A stretch of 32,000 bases of DNA from an uncultured archaeon (lineage in GTDB: Archaea; Asgardarchaeota; Thorarchaeia; Thorarchaeales; CAZPUN01), in the NCBI GenBank assembly GCA_964589775.1, contig CAZPUN010000064.1, positions 30,001 through 62,000 of the forward strand. Reading direction: 5' to 3'. The stretch's first letter is position 1, and each line of letters opens with the position of its first letter. Below are positions 27,395 through 32,000 of this stretch, piece after piece. Both the position numbers and the translations under genes were made by a program. The notes beneath the pieces were generated by a model, which ran no database searches, was not told the origin of the DNA, and saw only the letters and a program-made list of their open reading frames with translations.

Positions 27395-30300
27395 TTATGT
27401 GGTCCGTCTGCGGAAATGTATTCCAACGGATATTACAATAACTACGCCTATTATACTGACAATTATCAGCAAATTATCTTGAATCATATTTAGTGCCGAA
27501 TTCGTGGTCGATACGCTTATCTGCCAGTCGTTTGCACCATTTTTGAACGTTATCGTGTTTTGCGCATTATCTTCTGCAACTATGTAAAAGGCAATACTTT
27601 CTCCGTTGTGCGGTGCTGGAATTACTGCCATATATACTGAATTCGTATGCGTCATCTTAATTTCCTTGTAGGTACTTTCTCCATTGTTTTTGTAAAATAG
27701 TGAGACTGTTTTGATTCCTGAGCCTTCGTCGATTATGTGGCAACTAACCGTTATGTTTTCATTATTGTTTGGCGTCTGAGGATCCCACGACACCTCCGAT
27801 AGCTCAGGAGGAATTGTGTCCACCCACTGGATTGTATAATATTGTTGGGTATTATTATCTATGACAAAATTACCTGCGTAGTCTTCTGCATATATATAGA
27901 AATTTATTACTGTGCCATAGCCCTGAGGCTGAAATTCTGCGTACCATTCATCATGTTCTGTATATGTCATCGGTAGTATGTGAGGGACGTCCCCATCTAT
28001 CCGATACACTATTGATACATTTGCTAAGCCAGAAAATTCTGATATGTTCACACGTACTGTTGCGCTTTCGTTGTATTGCGGTGAGGTTTTATCAATGCTT
28101 ACTTCTCTAATTACAGGTGCCTGTGTATCCTCGAATATTTCCATGGATGTTATATTTCCCGTATTTGTATCTATGTAAAACTTATTCGAATTGCTTACAT
28201 GTATGATTCGTGTTATATTTCCGAAGATGTCTTCTAGTACTATGGCTCCAGTTATTTGACGATTCAAGTATATTGTCGATTTAAACTTCTCATAGATTAC
28301 CGGAGCCGTGCCGAGGTCGCTCCATTTTCCAACCCATGAATACGCGTAGTTTCCGGAAGTGCTGTACGTTAATGTGATATTCTGATTCGTATTCCATGCA
28401 TTAGCTACTGAAGTATATAACATGTGTTTTGATTCATCTAGTGGGTTCCCGTCCATTGCAACAACGGAAATTGCTGCGTGGTGTCCTTCTAAATTGATTG
28501 CCCTATTTCCAATGGTTCTATTTCCATCACAGAATCCCACTATCGCCATTGCCTTGGAAACATTTAACATGAAGATTCCGTTCTTGTAATCTCTAATCCA
28601 TTCGTTTGAGCTTCCTCGCCAGATTTTGTTCGTTATATCGGTGTGGGATAATGTTGTTAGACCCCATGACTTAAACGCATCAATTACTATTCTGGCACTC
28701 AAGCTATCCTTTCTGTTTACTTCAAATACGTTGTGGTCCCCATTGCTTGGTTTATATCCATAGTCTGAAACTAATGTTTTGGTCGTTTCTGAAACTTCAG
28801 AGGAAATCATAATCGCTCTGTTGTTCGTGAGAAAGCCTACTGCCCATAGATCATCACTTGAATTTCCAAAAACCGTGGCACCTGCTGGTATCGTAGTTAT
28901 GTTTATTGGGTAATATCTGTCAGCGTTCCATGATACCGTTTTCGAATCATACGCAAAATTCAAGAAGTCTCCAGTTCCCGAGTTACCAGTCATGTCTACT
29001 TCAATATTTGGGAATATCTCCTTAGCCATGTATGTTATGTTTTCTGACTTGCAGTAAAGATCCATATATTTCAAGAAAGGCGATATGGTTATGCTTCGAG
29101 TTGCATGCGTATATGTTGCATTTGCGGTCCTACCAGACGCAATGGCGATGTCTGCCGTACCATCATATGAATCATTGAAGAAATAATTACGCGTTTGTCC
29201 AAGATATGGTGCAACATTGTATTGCCACGGTTGATATCCGTATTGAGCGAAAAATATATCTGTTAATGAATACCCAATATCAATCTTCAGTGGTAATGGT
29301 TCAACTAATTGATTGAGAAATATAATTGCACCCGCTCGAATCTGAGGCCATCTGGCTGGGTCATTATGTGATGGCCACCATACCAATTGCTTATTCGGTT
29401 GCAGGTCCCAATAGCTTTCACCTAAGTCATGAAGAATGACTGCGTCCCAGTCCTGGAGGCAAGCAAATACAGCCATTTGGATAGCACCTTCGGCTCTATA
29501 ATCGTTGGGATACGGGAAATTCCATTCGCGTACGACAATTGGAATACCTGCGATTCTCTGCGATGATACAACAGGCGCGATTGCATTACTATCCGTATAT
29601 AATTCGGGTGTATTTGAAAATTGTGCGAGCTTATCTGTAGTTCCAAATGGGTGGTCATAATAATATCCAGCGGCTGAGAAATCAAGTACTTCACTTATCG
29701 CCTTTTGAGTTGGTGGTATAATCTCCCATTGGTCATCTGAGGCTCCTATAGGTACTGAAACGCCCAGGTCTCGTAAGTGCTGTTTCATTGTGCTAAAGTA
29801 GTGTTTCAAGAGCTCGTAAGCGAAAATACTTCCATCATTAACGCGAGGATAACCTAGGAACTTGTCTGTATAGTTTCGAGCATCTACGCTTTTTGCCCAT
29901 GCATTTACCACATCCGGTAATTCAACTGTTCCCGATGCGGGGTCCTCATAAGATCTGAGTGCATGCTCTCCGGATTTGCTCGTCCATGCGTTATCAAGTT
30001 CAGTTCTGCTCCCATATTTTGCGAGGAGCCAGCTATTCCATTTCGCTCGTAATTCACTTCTATATGGTTCCGGTAAGTCAAGCCAGCCTGTATTTGCTCC
30101 ATATGGATTCCAAATCATGCCATTCTCATTTGTTATCTCCACCAGGGCAATCGTTGGGTCATCCGCATAAGTTTTGTTTGTATAGGGATTCATGTGAGTA
30201 AAAAGATTGGTTGCAAATTGCTTTTGCAGATCGATTAGCGTTTCATTGAATATACTTACGATAGGTGCTTTGGGTCCCAATAAAGTTCCATTAATTATGT

Positions 30301-30889
30301 GTTCACTCTCTAAGAAGCTGCGACCGTCGAGCAGGTCCATATAAATGTAAATTCCCTTTTTACCACATTCCGAAATGAGATAATCTACCTTATCTAAAAC
30401 TTCCGGATTTAGATTGCTTGAATTTCCTGAATTGTAATCTATCAAACTCTGATAATTTTTGCTATCAATTAAATGAAGTCTAATCATATTTATTCCGTTT
30501 TGGGCTAGTTCGTCCGTTAGTCGCTCTATCGTATCATGATATAGATTGATCCCGTTTGCGACTAGATTTACGCCCCAAAATCTGGCTCTTGTTGAATCTT
30601 CAAAATAAAGGTGGCCATCATTGTGCTTCACAACTTTTCCATGTATTCCCGTAGGTCCTTCAATAAGTGTTGTCGGGGCATATCTTAATTTTGATTCGAA
30701 TGAATTCTCAATATTTGTTAATTTATTAGGTAACCTTTGGAATATTATTTGGTCTTGATCCATCGTAAAATTATACACTTGAATTGGAGTTCTCCCAGTT
30801 ATCGTCATTGAAACTATAAAAAGAGTTAATATCATTATTCCTATACTTTTCCCAATAAATGAATGCATCATAGTACACTCCACACTCAT
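27395..30889 (-). CDS. Cell-surface clan GH-A (GH5-like) glycoside hydrolase with two Ig-like domains and a C-terminal TM anchor
   Basis: Signal-like N-terminus, RFWGVN, GINMIRLH, GIYIY.DL, NPYT...YADDP, EITNEN (acid/base), H.., VVREWN (nucleophile), terminal TM followed by RRR. Start probably ATG 30871 or 30868. Confidence 0.82.
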   Translation of the reverse strand: MSVECTMMHSFIGKSIGIMILTLFIVSMTITGRTPIQVYNFTMDQDQIIFQRLPNKLTNIENSFESKLRYAPTTLIEGPTGIHGKVVKHNDGHLYFEDSTRARFWGVNLVANGINLYHDTIERLTDELAQNGINMIRLHLIDSKNYQSLIDYNSGNSSNLNPEVLDKVDYLISECGKKGIYIYMDLLDGRSFLESEHIINGTLLGPKAPIVSIFNETLIDLQKQFATNLFTHMNPYTNKTYADDPTIALVEITNENGMIWNPYGANTGWLDLPEPYRSELRAKWNSWLLAKYGSRTELDNAWTSKSGEHALRSYEDPASGTVELPDVVNAWAKSVDARNYTDKFLGYPRVNDGSIFAYELLKHYFSTMKQHLRDLGVSVPIGASDDQWEIIPPTQKAISEVLDFSAAGYYYDHPFGTTDKLAQFSNTPELYTDSNAIAPVVSSQRIAGIPIVVREWNFPYPNDYRAEGAIQMAVFACLQDWDAVILHDLGESYWDLQPNKQLVWWPSHNDPARWPQIRAGAIIFLNQLVEPLPLKIDIGYSLTDIFFAQYGYQPWQYNVAPYLGQTRNYFFNDSYDGTADIAIASGRTANATYTHATRSITISPFLKYMDLYCKSENITYMAKEIFPNIEVDMTGNSGTGDFLNFAYDSKTVSWNADRYYPINITTIPAGATVFGNSSDDLWAVGFLTNNRAIMISSEVSETTKTLVSDYGYKPSNGDHNVFEVNRKDSLSARIVIDAFKSWGLTTLSHTDITNKIWRGSSNEWIRDYKNGIFMLNVSKAMAIVGFCDGNRTIGNRAINLEGHHAAISVVAMDGNPLDESKHMLYTSVANAWNTNQNITLTYSTSGNYAYSWVGKWSDLGTAPVIYEKFKSTIYLNRQITGAIVLEDIFGNITRIIHVSNSNKFYIDTNTGNITSMEIFEDTQAPVIREVSIDKTSPQYNESATVRVNISEFSGLANVSIVYRIDGDVPHILPMTYTEHDEWYAEFQPQGYGTVINFYIYAEDYAGNFVIDNNTQQYYTIQWVDTIPPELSEVSWDPQTPNNNENITVSCHIIDEGSGIKTVSLFYKNNGESTYKEIKMTHTNSVYMAVIPAPHNGESIAFYIVAEDNAQNTITFKNGANDWQISVSTTNSALNMIQDNLLIIVSIIGVVIVISVGIHFRRRTT
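27512..28129 (-). repeat. Two tandem ~100-aa Ig-like protein repeats (approximate bounds)
   Basis: DTQAPVI.EV...P..NE...V......SG...V.I.Y...M...Y.A...FYIYAEDYAGN and DTIPPEL.EV...P..NE...V......SG...V.LFY...M...Y.A...FYIVAEDNAQN. Confidence 0.8.
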
Positions 30890-31259
30890 AAATTGTACAT
30901 CTATGCTTATTCAAAAGATAATCGTAAAACGAATTTGAGCCGTATTCGGAATTTTTATCATTATACTTTTGTTTTTGAATTTTAAAAACTTTGTTCCATA
31001 TTATACGTTGGGCTCATACTATTTTTTAGTTTTAATAAACTCATTTGATTGTTTTTTAAACTTATGTGACACTTTTTAAAACTATACATAGGCAAGTCTT
31101 GAATCTTGCACATTCACCATCATTAGTTGCTATGCGCGTTGATTTTTTGGAATAAGTAATTGTTTTTAATAATAAAATGTGTATTATATTTTATACGAGT
31201 TGTGTATTTGAGTTTGAAATTCTGTAGGTTCGCAAGTTGCCGGTTTGATGGTGTAAAAT

Positions 31260-32000
31260 ATGAGCAAATCAGTATCAATTGAAAATTACACACTGGAAGA
31301 ATTGCTAGAAGAGGCAAAGAATGGATGGAACGCCGCTTTGGATGATATGTATTATCCGCCCATTCCAGAACCGACCATAACTTTTGATCCAAAGCAATCT
31401 GACTATTTCTATATTCAAACCGATGATTGGCGAGTGATTTTAAATATTGCTGGAATACCCCAAAAGGTAATTGCCCAGACACGCGATTTCATTCGGTCCA
31501 TGTCCCATCACGAGATCTCACACTATACTATTTGTCCGTATGATGGCATTATGAATGCTCGGTTGCTGAATGCGGCTCTGGATGTTCTAACTTCAATGGA
31601 GCAAGCCCAGACGGTTGTGAATATCTTTGCCGATCTTGTGATTGATACTGTGATATTTCAGCGCTTCCCTGAACTTATAACTTGGCGACTTGCAAATACT
31701 GTAGAAAACATATTGGAAACGGTGGAGAGCCCAGGGGACCTATGGCGAGTTCTCGTAGGTGCATACCAGCATATGTGGAATATGGGCTTTGGCGTTCGAC
31801 TGAATGACACGTTAGATGGGATCGCTTTGGAAATTTCCCGTATAGTCCATAAGAAAATGCTGCAGGAGAACACTTGGCCCGGCAAGGTAAAAAAAATTGC
31901 ACGCCTGCTCAAGGATATTCTGGACAAAGAAATCAAATGCGAAAATGATACGGCGGGCGGCGAAAATTCAGATGGTGATGGCAGCTCAGACGGTGAAAGC
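31260..32000 (+). CDS. HExxH metallopeptidase-like protein (probable peptidase-vWA partner of MoxR); truncated by the window edge
   Basis: Not in ORF track. Hand translation from ATG 31260 is open to the end: MSKSVSIENY...YYPPIPEP...SHHEISHYTICPYD...VVNIFADLVID..., ending in an acidic G/D/S linker. Confidence 0.8.
   Translation, partial: MSKSVSIENYTLEELLEEAKNGWNAALDDMYYPPIPEPTITFDPKQSDYFYIQTDDWRVILNIAGIPQKVIAQTRDFIRSMSHHEISHYTICPYDGIMNARLLNAALDVLTSMEQAQTVVNIFADLVIDTVIFQRFPELITWRLANTVENILETVESPGDLWRVLVGAYQHMWNMGFGVRLNDTLDGIALEISRIVHKKMLQENTWPGKVKKIARLLKDILDKEIKCENDTAGGENSDGDGSSDGES

Noticed and set aside
1315-30201. Numerous short ORFs nested in or antisense to called genes (e.g. 1315-1824, 3698-4246, 17946-18392, those within smc, por, MoxR and GH genes)
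   Set aside because: They overlap well-supported genes, lack SD sites and motifs, and have the composition of shadow frames.
31123-31936. Minus-strand ORFs of 119, 92 and 75 aa
   Set aside because: They lie opposite the plus-strand HExxH gene starting at 31260 and show no motifs.
1-32000. CRISPR arrays, rRNA/tRNA, IS elements, integrases
   Set aside because: No spaced direct repeats, structured GC-rich RNA segments or transposase/integrase motifs found by eye; tRNAscan-SE and Infernal would be needed to exclude small RNAs.

Overview
Gene-dense, AT-rich archaeal chromosome segment, most likely from an Asgard archaeon. The evidence is ESCRT-I/II/Vps4 genes, ribosomal protein L13e, isopentenyl-phosphate kinase, GAGGTGA-type Shine-Dalgarno sites and frequent TTG/GTG starts. 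Left part: two membrane proteins built from PH-like modules, divergent from an ESCRT cluster (a Vps28-Vps22/EAP30 fusion convergent with vps4-vps25; no ESCRT-III gene seen). Middle: housekeeping and metabolic genes (AlkP-superfamily enzyme, PLP aminotransferase, DUF72, rpl13e, esterase, PfkB kinase, IPK, a four-subunit 2-oxoacid:ferredoxin oxidoreductase operon, folP). The best candidate for an undescribed system is at 18.7-24.8 kb: a tightly coupled operon of a catalytically degenerate AAA+ protein, an Smc5/6-like SMC, a kleisin and a Kite, followed by a TFIIB-type Zn-ribbon/winged-helix gene. Right part: CGGC protein, MoxR-like ATPase, a large surface-anchored clan GH-A glycosidase, and the start of a HExxH protein. 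Two edge genes (1-1269 and 31260-32000) are missing from the ORF track and were translated by hand. No rRNA, tRNA, CRISPR array or transposase was recognised. All family calls come from reading motifs by eye, not from database searches.
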